The notes below the pieces were generated by a model. It had not been told where the DNA came from and made no database searches. It was given only the letters and a program-made list of their open reading frames with translations. Both the position numbers and the translations under genes were made by a program. Shown here piece after piece: positions 26,337 through 34,483 of a stretch of 58,974 bases of DNA; the first letter of the stretch is position 1; the number at the start of each line of letters is the position of its first letter. Origin of the DNA: a bacterium (GTDB lineage Bacteria > Patescibacteriota > Minisyncoccia > JAUYLV01); assembly GCA_030699565.1 (NCBI GenBank), contig JAUYLV010000053.1, positions 1 through 58,974 on the forward strand. Reading direction: 5' to 3'.

Positions 26337-26639
26337 ATGAAATACAACAAACTGGTCAGGGATAATATTCCGGAGCACATCAAAGGCAAGGGTGGGATTC
26401 CGGTAACGCATATCGCCGATGACAAAGAGTATTGGCAAAAACTAAAAGAAAAACTCCGCGAAGAAGTTGACGAATTTATAAAAGATGAATCCGCAGAAGA
26501 AATGGCCGATGTATTCGAGGTCATCACGGCCATACTCGAGCATGAGAATTGGACAATCGAGCAGATCGTCGATCTGCAGAAAAAGATGCGCGAGGATCGC
26601 GGTGCATTCAAAAAGCGCATCATATTGGATGAGTCGTAG
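26337..26639 (+). CDS. MazG-like all-alpha nucleoside triphosphate pyrophosphohydrolase (HisE/MazG superfamily)
   Basis: 100 aa. [12 protein letters not shown] start and the acidic helix EEVDEF...EEMADVFEV, typical of the small MazG-like family. Confidence 0.6.
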   Translation: MKYNKLVRDNIPEHIKGKGGIPVTHIADDKEYWQKLKEKLREEVDEFIKDESAEEMADVFEVITAILEHENWTIEQIVDLQKKMREDRGAFKKRIILDES

Positions 26640-26711
26640 AGTTTTAGAGTGTTTGGAACCTCGATGAAATAAAAAGCGCCCGTTGATACGGGCGATGGAA
26701 TGACGGTTTAT

Positions 26712-26945
26712 TTACTTGGGCAGGATGAGAGAGGCGATCGCGATTATGCCCCAGATGACTTGAAGTGCAACCGCAGGCCAGGCTTTTTTGTGGAACACGT
26801 TAATGCCGACGCCAATGGCACCGATCAGGTTCATGAGTTGATAGACATCGCTTTGCGCCGTTACCTGCTGGCGGGATACAAGCCAGTATGCAAGAACGAT
26901 CAGTATGGTGCCGATCCAGCCGGCAGCCTGGATGAATATTTTCAT
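26712..26945 (-). CDS. Small 3-TM membrane protein (resembles the CBU_0592-type family)
   Basis: MKIFIQAAGWIGTILIVLAYWLVS...YQLMNLIGAIGVGINVF..WPAVALQVIWGIIAI. The family assignment is from memory only. Confidence 0.5.
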   Translation of the reverse strand: MKIFIQAAGWIGTILIVLAYWLVSRQQVTAQSDVYQLMNLIGAIGVGINVFHKKAWPAVALQVIWGIIAIASLILPK

Positions 26946-27035
26946 GGGAGCATCCTCCGAATGTTCAAGCTCTGTCGACAGCATAGCAGACATGTTGTAA
27001 ATGGCAATATAAGGCTAGTCGGCAGTTGTTTCGGC

Positions 27036-27064
27036 TCAAAGTTGACCAAATTAGTCAACTTTGA
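27036..27064. promoter_or_regulatory. IscR-type operator O3 (14-1-14 palindrome, one mismatch)
   Basis: TCAAAGTTGACCAA-A-TTAGTCAACTTTGA. It ends 26 nt upstream of the sufC ATG and faces the divergent small membrane gene. Confidence 0.65.
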
Positions 27065-27090
27065 AACCCAACTTATAAATAAAAGCATAT

Positions 27091-27870
27091 ATGCAAAAAT
27101 CTTTTCTTGCGATTAAAAATCTTGCCGTAACCGTTGAAGGTAAAGCGGTCGTGCGCGATTTTTCGCTTTCTGTCGAGAAAGGTTCCATCCATGCGCTTAT
27201 GGGTCCAAACGGGTCGGGCAAATCGTCGCTGGCATATGCGGTCATGGGGCATCCGGCGTATGCCGTCACACGAGGCAAGATTATTTTTGAAGGCAAGGAT
27301 TTGGCAAAACTGAAACCCGAGGAGCGCGCACGTAAAGGCATCTTTTTGTCGTTTCAGGAACCGCCAGAGGTCGGCGGCGTAGCGCTGGGCACGTATTTGC
27401 GTTCTATCGCAAAAAAACAGTGGTCGCTGCCCGATGTGGATGTGTTGAAGGATGCGGCGGGACGGCGGGCGCAGGTGCGCGAGTCTTCGCTTGCCATGCG
27501 AACCATTAAGGAGTTTGCGCCTTCTTTGGGTATTGCGGAAACGTTTTTTGACCGCGCGCTCAATGAGGGGTTTTCGGGCGGCGAGAAGAAAAAAAGCGAG
27601 ATCCTGCAGATGCTCGCATTAAAGCCAAAGCTTGCCATTATCGACGAGATAGATTCTGGGCTGGATTTCGATTCGCTCAAAGCTATCACTGCGGCATTAA
27701 AAAAAGCCGTCAAAGACGGCATGGGATTGATCCTGATCAGTCATTATACGCGGATCTTCAAGTCGTTGAAGCCGAAGTATGTGCACGTGCTGCGGGACGG
27801 CGAGTTGATTAAAGAGGGCGGTGCCGCATTATTGAAGAAGTTAGACAAAGGTGGATATAGGGATATTTAA
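27091..27870 (+). CDS. sufC: Fe-S cluster assembly ATPase SufC
   Basis: 259 aa. Walker A GPNGSGKSS and ABC signature FSGGEKKK. Confidence 0.9.
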   Translation: MQKSFLAIKNLAVTVEGKAVVRDFSLSVEKGSIHALMGPNGSGKSSLAYAVMGHPAYAVTRGKIIFEGKDLAKLKPEERARKGIFLSFQEPPEVGGVALGTYLRSIAKKQWSLPDVDVLKDAAGRRAQVRESSLAMRTIKEFAPSLGIAETFFDRALNEGFSGGEKKKSEILQMLALKPKLAIIDEIDSGLDFDSLKAITAALKKAVKDGMGLILISHYTRIFKSLKPKYVHVLRDGELIKEGGAALLKKLDKGGYRDI

Positions 27871-27886
27871 ATGTGACTTCGTAAAT

Positions 27887-28026
27887 GTTGTCATCTCCGC
27901 GAAGGGTGAAATGCAATTGTCTTTGCATTTCACGGGCATCTTCCCCGCTTCTAATGAACGAATGACTACCCAGGAGGGGATTCAGATTAAATGTTTTATA
28001 TAGATTCCCGCTTTCGCGGGAATGAC
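27887..28026. repeat. Composite hairpin repeats in the sufC-sufB spacer
   Basis: GTCATCTCCGCGAAGG..., an 11-bp hairpin GTGAAATGCAA-TTGTCT-TTGCATTTCAC, and GATTCCCGCTTTCGCGGGAATGAC. Confidence 0.65.
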
Positions 28027-28041
28027 AGATAACAATTCGCA

Positions 28042-29436
28042 ATGCCATCCAATCAACTCAAAGCTCAGTACCGCTACGGTTTTCACGATAGCGCCGCGCC
28101 TCTCTACCAAATAAAACCGGGTTTATCCGAGCGTGTCGTGGAAGAAATTTCGTCCATAAAAAATGAACCCGCCTGGATGCGGGAATTTCGCTTACGCGCG
28201 TTGAAGGTTTTCGAATCCAAGCCCATGCCGCCATGGGGAGGAGATTTGTCGAATATCAATTTCAACAACATCACATATTATGCAAGAGCGACCGATAAAC
28301 AGTCGCGCACATGGGACGACGTGCCGGCCGAAATTAAAAATACCTTCGATCGCCTGGGTGTGCCCGAAGCGGAACGTAAAATGTTCGCGGGGGTCGGCGC
28401 GCAATATGATTCCGATGTTATTTATCACAACGTCCGTAAAGATTTGGAAAAGCAGGGCGTCATCTTCTGCGACACGGACACGGCGGTGCGCGAATATCCC
28501 GATTTGGTAAAAAAATATTTCGGCACGGTGGTGCCGGTCGGCGACAATAAATTTGCCGCGCTTAATACCGCCTGCTGGTCCGGCGGCAGTTTCATCTATG
28601 TACCCAAGGGCGTTAAAGTGGCCATGCCGCTGCAAGCATACTTTCGTATTAATTCAAAAAATTTCGGACAGTTCGAGCGCACGCTTATCATCGCCGATGA
28701 GGGCAGTGATCTGCACTACATAGAAGGCTGCACCGCACCCGTGTATTCCACGGATTCACTGCATGCGGCCGTCGTGGAAATTATTGTGCATAAAAACGCG
28801 CATGTACGCTATACCACGATTCAGAATTGGTCGAATAATGTGTATAACCTCGTTACTAAACGCGCACGGGCCGAGGAAGGCGCATACGTGGAGTGGATCG
28901 ACGGAAACCTTGGATCAAAACTCACCATGAAATACCCCTCGGTGTTCATGTTCGGGCGGGGTGCGCGGGCGGACGTACTTTCCGTGGCACTTGCCGGTCC
29001 CGGGCAGCATCAGGATGCGGGTGCGAAAGTCGTTCACTTGGCGCCGGATACGGTTTCATCCATCGTCTCAAAATCCGTTTCGTTCGGCGGCGGACGCACC
29101 AGCTACCGCGGGCTTGCCAAAGTCATAAAGGGAGCCGAACGTTCCCGCATCAAGACCCAGTGTGACGCGTTGATTTTAGACCCACAGTCGCGATCAGACA
29201 CGTATCCTACCATGGCTATCGAAGAAGAAAATGTGCGCGTGGAGCACGAAGCTACGGTTTCGCGCATTGGCGACAAAGAGATATTTTATCTGCAATCGCG
29301 GGGCTTGAAGCCAGTGGAGGCGACCAGCATGATCGTTGCGGGATTTTTCGAGCCGTTGGCAAAAGTGCTGCCCATAGATTACGCCATCGAATTAAACAGG
29401 TTAATTGAGATGGAAATGGAGGGAAGCGTTGGATGA
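28042..29436 (+). CDS. sufB: Fe-S cluster assembly scaffold SufB
   Basis: 464 aa, SufB-like throughout (e.g. [27 protein letters not shown]). Confidence 0.9.
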   Translation: MPSNQLKAQYRYGFHDSAAPLYQIKPGLSERVVEEISSIKNEPAWMREFRLRALKVFESKPMPPWGGDLSNINFNNITYYARATDKQSRTWDDVPAEIKNTFDRLGVPEAERKMFAGVGAQYDSDVIYHNVRKDLEKQGVIFCDTDTAVREYPDLVKKYFGTVVPVGDNKFAALNTACWSGGSFIYVPKGVKVAMPLQAYFRINSKNFGQFERTLIIADEGSDLHYIEGCTAPVYSTDSLHAAVVEIIVHKNAHVRYTTIQNWSNNVYNLVTKRARAEEGAYVEWIDGNLGSKLTMKYPSVFMFGRGARADVLSVALAGPGQHQDAGAKVVHLAPDTVSSIVSKSVSFGGGRTSYRGLAKVIKGAERSRIKTQCDALILDPQSRSDTYPTMAIEEENVRVEHEATVSRIGDKEIFYLQSRGLKPVEATSMIVAGFFEPLAKVLPIDYAIELNRLIEMEMEGSVG

Positions 29437-29439
29437 ACT

Positions 29440-29697
29440 CCGTTAGAGAACTTATGCGGGGTATGAGACTCTGTGCCGTATAGGAGGAATACCCCACAGC
29501 AAGCCCCGTTAGAGATAAGCCACACGCAGCAAGTAATAATGCCTAGTACCGTTACAAATTAGTTTCGCATGATTAATACGCTTAAGAATGTCTATTTCAA
29601 GCCTCTTTTTATCTCACCGTGGTTGCAGAATTAATTTATAACGGCACTAGGGGCTGAGAAACTCTAAGGGGGCAAGAGGCGGGATATTCTCTAACGG
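29440..29697. repeat. Nested inverted repeats downstream of sufB
   Basis: Outer pair CCGTTAGAGAA (29440-29450) / TTCTCTAACGG (29687-29697), 11/11. Inner pair CCTAGTACCGTTACAAATT (29542-29560) / AATTTATAACGGCACTAGG (29633-29651), 17/19. Confidence 0.6.
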
Positions 29698-29730
29698 GGT
29701 AAACGAAAAACCCCGAACGAATCCGGGGTT

Positions 29731-29911
29731 AGGCTCTGTTGAAAAATAAGTTCTCCAGATTCGGTTTCAGATTTGCTCCAGATTCGGTTTTTCCGATTGA
29801 GTGGAATCCGAGCCGTAGCAGGGCTACGGTGAGGATTTCCGCGATTGAGGAAAAGCCGAAGATGGAGTGAATGTGGAAGCGAGATGCTGAAGTTATTTTT
29901 CAGCAGGGCCT
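29731..29911. mobile_element. MITE-like element, family B, long copy
   Basis: Arms AGGCTCTGTTGAAAAATAAGTT / AAGTTATTTTTCAGCAGGGCCT. Internal CTCCAGATTCGGTTT duplication. Related to 22979-23056. Confidence 0.7.
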
Positions 29912-30126
29912 TAGAGAAAGGCCGTCCCACCCGTCATTATAAAGTCGAAATACTGGACGGTGAGATTGATCATCGAGTGGATGAACCAAGCCGATGCGGC
30001 AACAAAAACGAAGAATATTGTTCCCAAAAGCGTCACCGAGAGGATCTCTTCGTCTCGCGTTTCGGGGACTTTTCCGATCATTTCCGCCTGCGCATTCCGG
30101 TATAGCTGGCGACAGATGGTTCGCAT
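29911..30126 (-). CDS. Small membrane protein (71 aa), antisense to the suf operon
   Basis: AAGGAG SD 7 nt upstream of the ATG. One clear TM (ILSVTLLGTIFFVFVAASAWFIHSMI). Confidence 0.45.
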   Translation of the reverse strand: MRTICRQLYRNAQAEMIGKVPETRDEEILSVTLLGTIFFVFVAASAWFIHSMINLTVQYFDFIMTGGTAFL

Positions 30127-30200
30127 GCATTTACTCCTTTCTTTGATGAAACCGTATCAGGGTAAAGGCCGCGATTTCGCGGCCTTTGGGATGTCTCGGC

Positions 30201-30422
30201 TCAAAAATGGCCGATCATGATCGCAGCTTGCGCCGCATCGAGCGCGGACTGCGTGAATTGAAAGAACTTCAGCAGGGTTTGCTCAAATCCTGCGAAGACT
30301 TCGGACATGAGCAACTGCAGGCCAATGATGAGTAAAACGATACCCACCGCTCGTAAAATCTTCATGGATTTTAGCGAGGAGAGGTTCTTATCGCATGCCG
30401 ACTTTTCATGCGAGCAGCTCAT
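30201..30422 (-). CDS. Small membrane protein (73 aa; or 54 aa from MKILRAVG), antisense to the suf operon
   Basis: TM AVGIVLLIIGLQLLMSEVF. AGGAGGG lies 14 nt upstream of the 30422 ATG. A hairpin AGGCCGCG-ATTTC-GCGGCCT (30164-30190) follows the stop. Confidence 0.4.
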   Translation of the reverse strand: MSCSHEKSACDKNLSSLKSMKILRAVGIVLLIIGLQLLMSEVFAGFEQTLLKFFQFTQSALDAAQAAIMIGHF

Positions 30423-30512
30423 TATTGGCTGCGTTTCCCTCCTGATATCGAAGTTCGTAAAGCGCCGATAGCAGAAGGGAAACGCATATTTCAAGTAGCA
30501 TTTAACTATACC

Positions 30513-31100
30513 ATGGATAAAATAAAACTGTCAAGTTCAAATGAAAATCTATTTCTCTCCGGAGCCGACTTTGCCGGAGGCAGAAAAAATCGCGATATTA
30601 TTCTAAAAAAAAGCGGCGAATCTAGGCGCGTGTTTATTTCGCTTGATGCGGCAGCACCCGAAGCTATATCGCTTGCGATCCGCCTTGCCGGACGCGGCTC
30701 GCGTGCAGAAGTTTTTATCATGCATAGGGGATGGGGAGTTGCGCGCAGTAGTATGCGTGTGATGCTTTCACACGAAGCTGAGGATACGTATGCCCGCGCG
30801 ACATTCCGCTCGGCGCTGCGCGATGCATCCCGTGTAGATTTTGACGGAATGCTGTATATTGCCAAAGGCGCCGACGGCAGCGATTCGTATCTTTCCGCAA
30901 AGGCGCTTATGCTGTCCGATAAAGCCATTGCGCGCATCGATCCGAAGCTTGAAATTCTGGCCAATAGCGTCAAAGCCTCGCATGGCGCCACCGTTGGACG
31001 CTTAAGCGATCAGGATCTATTTTATTTTCAGTCGCGAGGCGTAGACCGTAATGCGGCCGAGAGGATTTTGGTTGAAACATTTTTACGCGAAGCAATGTAG
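30513..31100 (+). CDS. sufD: Short SufD-like Fe-S assembly protein
   Basis: 195 aa from MDKIKLSS. C-terminal SufBD motif region ...KASHGATVGRLSDQDLFYFQSRG. Confidence 0.75.
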   Translation: MDKIKLSSSNENLFLSGADFAGGRKNRDIILKKSGESRRVFISLDAAAPEAISLAIRLAGRGSRAEVFIMHRGWGVARSSMRVMLSHEAEDTYARATFRSALRDASRVDFDGMLYIAKGADGSDSYLSAKALMLSDKAIARIDPKLEILANSVKASHGATVGRLSDQDLFYFQSRGVDRNAAERILVETFLREAM

Positions 31101-31159
31101 AGTTTAATACGTCATGTCGGACTTGATCCGGCATCCACTATGACAGAATGATCAAAGTA

Positions 31160-31282
31160 CTTTGAATTACGAAACTCTCTTTTCTGTCATCCCGGCGAAA
31201 GCCGGAATCCAGGATGCGCGGAAGAATCTTTATCCCGGCTTTCGCCGGGATGACGCTGGGAGCGGGTTTCATAATTCAATGG
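31160..31282. mobile_element. MITE-like element, family A copy 2
   Basis: Ends TTGAATTACGAAAC / GTTTCATAATTCAATGG. Interior GTCATCCCGGCGAAAGCCGGAATCC and ATCCCGGCTTTCGCCGGGATGAC. It ends 4 nt before the sufS ATG. Confidence 0.65.
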
Positions 31283-31286
31283 AAGC

Positions 31287-32501
31287 ATGAATATTAAAGG
31301 CATTAAAAATGATTTTCCGATTTTTCGCGAGCATCCGGGGCTCGTCTATTTGGATTCGGCTGCGACATCACAGAAGCCAAAAGCGGTTATAGACGCCGTA
31401 GCCAATCACTATCGAACACGGAATGCAAACATCCATCGCGGTATTTACAAAATATCCGAGGAGGCTACGGCTGCTTATGATGCTGCTCGGGATGCGGTGG
31501 CAAAATTCATCAATGCGCCGTCATCGCGCAATATCATCTTCGTACGTAATGCAACGGAGGGAATTAATCTTGTCGCGCATGCGTTTGCTCGATCCCGCCT
31601 GAAGAAGGGCGACGTAATTCTTGCAACGCTCATGGAGCACCATGCCAATATTGTGCCATGGCATATGCTGGCGAAAGATCGGGGTATAAAAGTGGCATTT
31701 ACGAACGTAACGTTGGAAGGATATCTTGATGAAGAGGATTTTAAAAAAAAGTTGACGTCAAATGTAAAATTGGCTGCGTGTACCCATGCGTCAAATGTTC
31801 TGGGTACGATTAATCCAGTAAAGCGACTTGTCGCGTATGCCAATAAGAAGGGCATTCCGGTTTTGGTAGATGGCGCGCAGGCCGCTCCGCATCTGCCGGT
31901 CGATGTGCACGATATGGGTTGTGATTTTTATGTGCTTTCCGGGCATAAGATGCTTGCGCCTTCGGGTATTGGTGCGTTATATATGTCAGATGAAATGATT
32001 GATGCGCTGCCACCGTTTATGGGCGGAGGGGACATGATCGAGGCGGTAACCACTGAAGGCTTTACATATCAGCCCGCACCCTTAAAGTTCGAGGCCGGAA
32101 CGCCGGCTATCGAGGCTGCCATCGGATTTGGCGAGGCGATCGTCTATTTGCAAAAGATCGGGATGAAAGCGATTCGAAAACACGAAATTGAACTTACCAA
32201 GTATGCATTGCACCAGATGCGAAAGATCAGGGGGGTTACCGTGTACGGCCCAAAAAAAGCGGAAGACCGCACGGGAGCGATTGCCTTCAGCGTGGACGGT
32301 ATTCATCCGCACGACCTGGCATCGCTATTCGATGCGGAAAATATCTGCGTCCGGGCCGGAAACCATTGCACCATGCCCTTGCATGAGAACGTGCTTGGCG
32401 TAAACGCCACCACCCGCATGAGTTTCTATATATATAATGACATGCAAGACATAGACAAAGCGATACGCGTTTTAAATAATATCATTCGCACGTTGAAGTA
32501 A
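31287..32501 (+). CDS. sufS: Cysteine desulfurase SufS
   Basis: 404 aa. PLP lysine motif LSGHKMLAPSG and active-site loop RAGNHCTMP. Confidence 0.9.
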   Translation: MNIKGIKNDFPIFREHPGLVYLDSAATSQKPKAVIDAVANHYRTRNANIHRGIYKISEEATAAYDAARDAVAKFINAPSSRNIIFVRNATEGINLVAHAFARSRLKKGDVILATLMEHHANIVPWHMLAKDRGIKVAFTNVTLEGYLDEEDFKKKLTSNVKLAACTHASNVLGTINPVKRLVAYANKKGIPVLVDGAQAAPHLPVDVHDMGCDFYVLSGHKMLAPSGIGALYMSDEMIDALPPFMGGGDMIEAVTTEGFTYQPAPLKFEAGTPAIEAAIGFGEAIVYLQKIGMKAIRKHEIELTKYALHQMRKIRGVTVYGPKKAEDRTGAIAFSVDGIHPHDLASLFDAENICVRAGNHCTMPLHENVLGVNATTRMSFYIYNDMQDIDKAIRVLNNIIRTLK

Positions 32502-32516
32502 TTTAATCATTTTACC

Positions 32517-32972
32517 ATGAGGAAAATAATGACCCTCTGTATTATTCAAGATGGCGGTCGCGTGCTTTTGGGAATGAAAAAGCGCGGATTTGGCGTGGGG
32601 CGATGGAATGGATTCGGTGGGAAAGTCGAGGGAAGCGAGACGCCTTTTGACGCCGCGCTTCGCGAAGTTCAGGAAGAGATCGGCGTTTCGGTGCAGGATG
32701 CCAAAAAGCGAGGCAAGCTTGAATTCTTTTTCGAGAAAACGGGAGAGGAGATCGAGGTGCATGTCTACGGCGCCAGCCGCTATGAAGGCGAACCCAAGGA
32801 AGGCGAGGAGATGGCGCCGCAATGGTTTTTGCATGCGGATATTCCCTTCGACAAGATGTGGCCGGATGACAAGCATTGGTTTCCGCTGTTTCTGGCCGGT
32901 AAGAATTTTGAGGGAAAATTTTATTTCACGGATTACGATACGTTCGTAAAACACGAGCTTTACGAAATATGA
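32517..32972 (+). CDS. MTH1/NUDT1-like Nudix oxidised-purine-nucleotide triphosphatase
   Basis: 151 aa. LLGMKKRGFGVGRWNGFGGKVEGSETPFDAALREVQEEIG and IPFDKMWPDDKHWFPL closely parallel human MTH1 as I recall it. Confidence 0.7.
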   Translation: MRKIMTLCIIQDGGRVLLGMKKRGFGVGRWNGFGGKVEGSETPFDAALREVQEEIGVSVQDAKKRGKLEFFFEKTGEEIEVHVYGASRYEGEPKEGEEMAPQWFLHADIPFDKMWPDDKHWFPLFLAGKNFEGKFYFTDYDTFVKHELYEI

Positions 32973-33412
32973 GCAAAGAAGATCTTGAAACATTTAGGCG
33001 CATATGGGAATTAAGCAAGGACTCGCCATACATGGCGAAGATGGAAAAACCCGACCTGGCATTTACCGGTAATAATGCCGTCTGTGGTGACTGGATCGAG
33101 ATAGCCTTCCGAATGAAAGGGAAAAAGATCGTCGAAGCGCGTTTTTTGCACAAAGGCTGCGCTTTGAGCGCCGTTGGGGCTTCGGTGTTTTCGGAATTTG
33201 CGGAAGGGAAGACGCTGGAGGCGGTGAGGAAACTTACCCCGCAAAAACAGCTTGAACTTTTTGGGGCTCCCGTAAGCCCGGCTCGCTCAAAATGCGTTAT
33301 GCTTCCGTTGGAGATTATAAAGAAAAACCCGAGTCAAACTCGGTCATTGAAAGGCGAGGGCGAAGTCAAACTTCGCTCCTATAAAATAAACCCGAGTCAA
33401 ACTCGGTCTTAG
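32969..33412 (+). CDS. sufU: SufU/IscU-like Fe-S scaffold or sulfur acceptor
   Basis: NAVCGDWIEI, HKGCALS and SKCVMLPLE Cys motifs. The last ~29 codons run through the 63-bp tandem repeat. Confidence 0.75.
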   Translation: MSKEDLETFRRIWELSKDSPYMAKMEKPDLAFTGNNAVCGDWIEIAFRMKGKKIVEARFLHKGCALSAVGASVFSEFAEGKTLEAVRKLTPQKQLELFGAPVSPARSKCVMLPLEIIKKNPSQTRSLKGEGEVKLRSYKINPSQTRS

Positions 33413-33450
33413 TAAGGTGAGGGCGAAGTCAAACTTCACTCCTATAAAAA
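33325..33450. repeat. 2 x 63-bp tandem repeat, each unit with two GT-CAA-AC hairpins
   Basis: Units 33325-33387 and 33388-33450. Hairpins CCGAGT-CAA-ACTCGG and GCGAAGT-CAA-ACTTCGC. Confidence 0.85.
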
Positions 33451-33473
33451 AACCCGCTGATGCGGTCGGCGGG

Positions 33474-34433
33474 TCAAAGATTACTTCTCAATTCCTCAAG
33501 GAGCGGAAGCAGCTGCAAAGGATCGCGCGAAGGAGCTACCAGGTACACTCCCTGCGCTTTTTTGGATTTCCGTATCGTCTCCACGAGATTTTCTGCATGA
33601 GCCAAACCCCATGCGGAAAGTTTTTTCGAGTCTTCTCCATGTGCGCTTGCCGCGGCGTAGAGGTCTTTGGGAATGAGAACTCCGTCTACGCGTCCGTTCC
33701 GGATCCGCTCTATTGTCTTTTGGGAAACAAGCGGCCAGATGCCCACCATGAGCGGGGGACGGGAGGCTCTTTTTCCCGGACGGCTTGCGAATGCGGCGTC
33801 ATACATGGCAAGCAGGCGCATGAATTGCTTTTCCGAGAACACCGGCTGGCTCATGAAAAAGTCCGCGCCTGCTTTTCGTTTGCGGCCGACCCGGGTAATC
33901 TCGTAGGATCGCTTTGTTGCGTTCTGATTTATCGCCGCACCCAGCGCCACATCAAGTTCCAAAGCTTTCCGCAATTGAAAACTCATAAAGCCCAGCGCCT
34001 TGATGATGTTGATTTTCGGAACATTCAGGAGCGGCATTACATTCTTCGGCATGCGATGCGGGTCTCCCGTGATGATGAGAAAATTTCGCATATCCTGCCA
34101 TGCGTATGCCGCAAGGATCTGGTTGAGAATTCCGGAGAGCGCGCTATCCCGCAGGGTTACGTGCGAAATGGTATCGAATCCCAACTCCGCAAGATTCGAG
34201 GCAAGGTGGATCGAATCGTGAGAGATGTGTCCGTTGCTGTTGATCTTGCTTGAGTTGACATCGAGCAGGGAAACCCCGGCTTTTTTCAGTTGCCGGACGA
34301 CATTGGTAATGTCGGAGGCATTTGCGGATTTTGGCGGATCGATCTGTACGCTTACGACGAAATCGCCATCGCGCATAGCCTTGGCAAGGTTTTTTCGGGA
34401 ACGCCTCATGTACTTTCTCCATTCATTTTTCAA
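33474..34433 (-). CDS. Methylenetetrahydrofolate reductase (MetF)-family protein
   Basis: 319 aa. VSVQIDPP..., DVNSS..., ISHVTLRD and IITGDP segments resemble the MTHFR TIM-barrel family. Confidence 0.6.
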   Translation of the reverse strand: MKNEWRKYMRRSRKNLAKAMRDGDFVVSVQIDPPKSANASDITNVVRQLKKAGVSLLDVNSSKINSNGHISHDSIHLASNLAELGFDTISHVTLRDSALSGILNQILAAYAWQDMRNFLIITGDPHRMPKNVMPLLNVPKINIIKALGFMSFQLRKALELDVALGAAINQNATKRSYEITRVGRKRKAGADFFMSQPVFSEKQFMRLLAMYDAAFASRPGKRASRPPLMVGIWPLVSQKTIERIRNGRVDGVLIPKDLYAAASAHGEDSKKLSAWGLAHAENLVETIRKSKKAQGVYLVAPSRDPLQLLPLLEELRSNL

Positions 34434-34483
34434 AGATGTATTCTTGTGCGATTGTTGAAATTACGGTATCATGCCGTATTCGT

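Noticed and set aside
33325-33450. CRISPR array (also considered for 52346-52439 and the GTCATT module clusters)
   Set aside because: There are only two directly abutting repeat units with no unique spacers, and no cas genes occur in the window.
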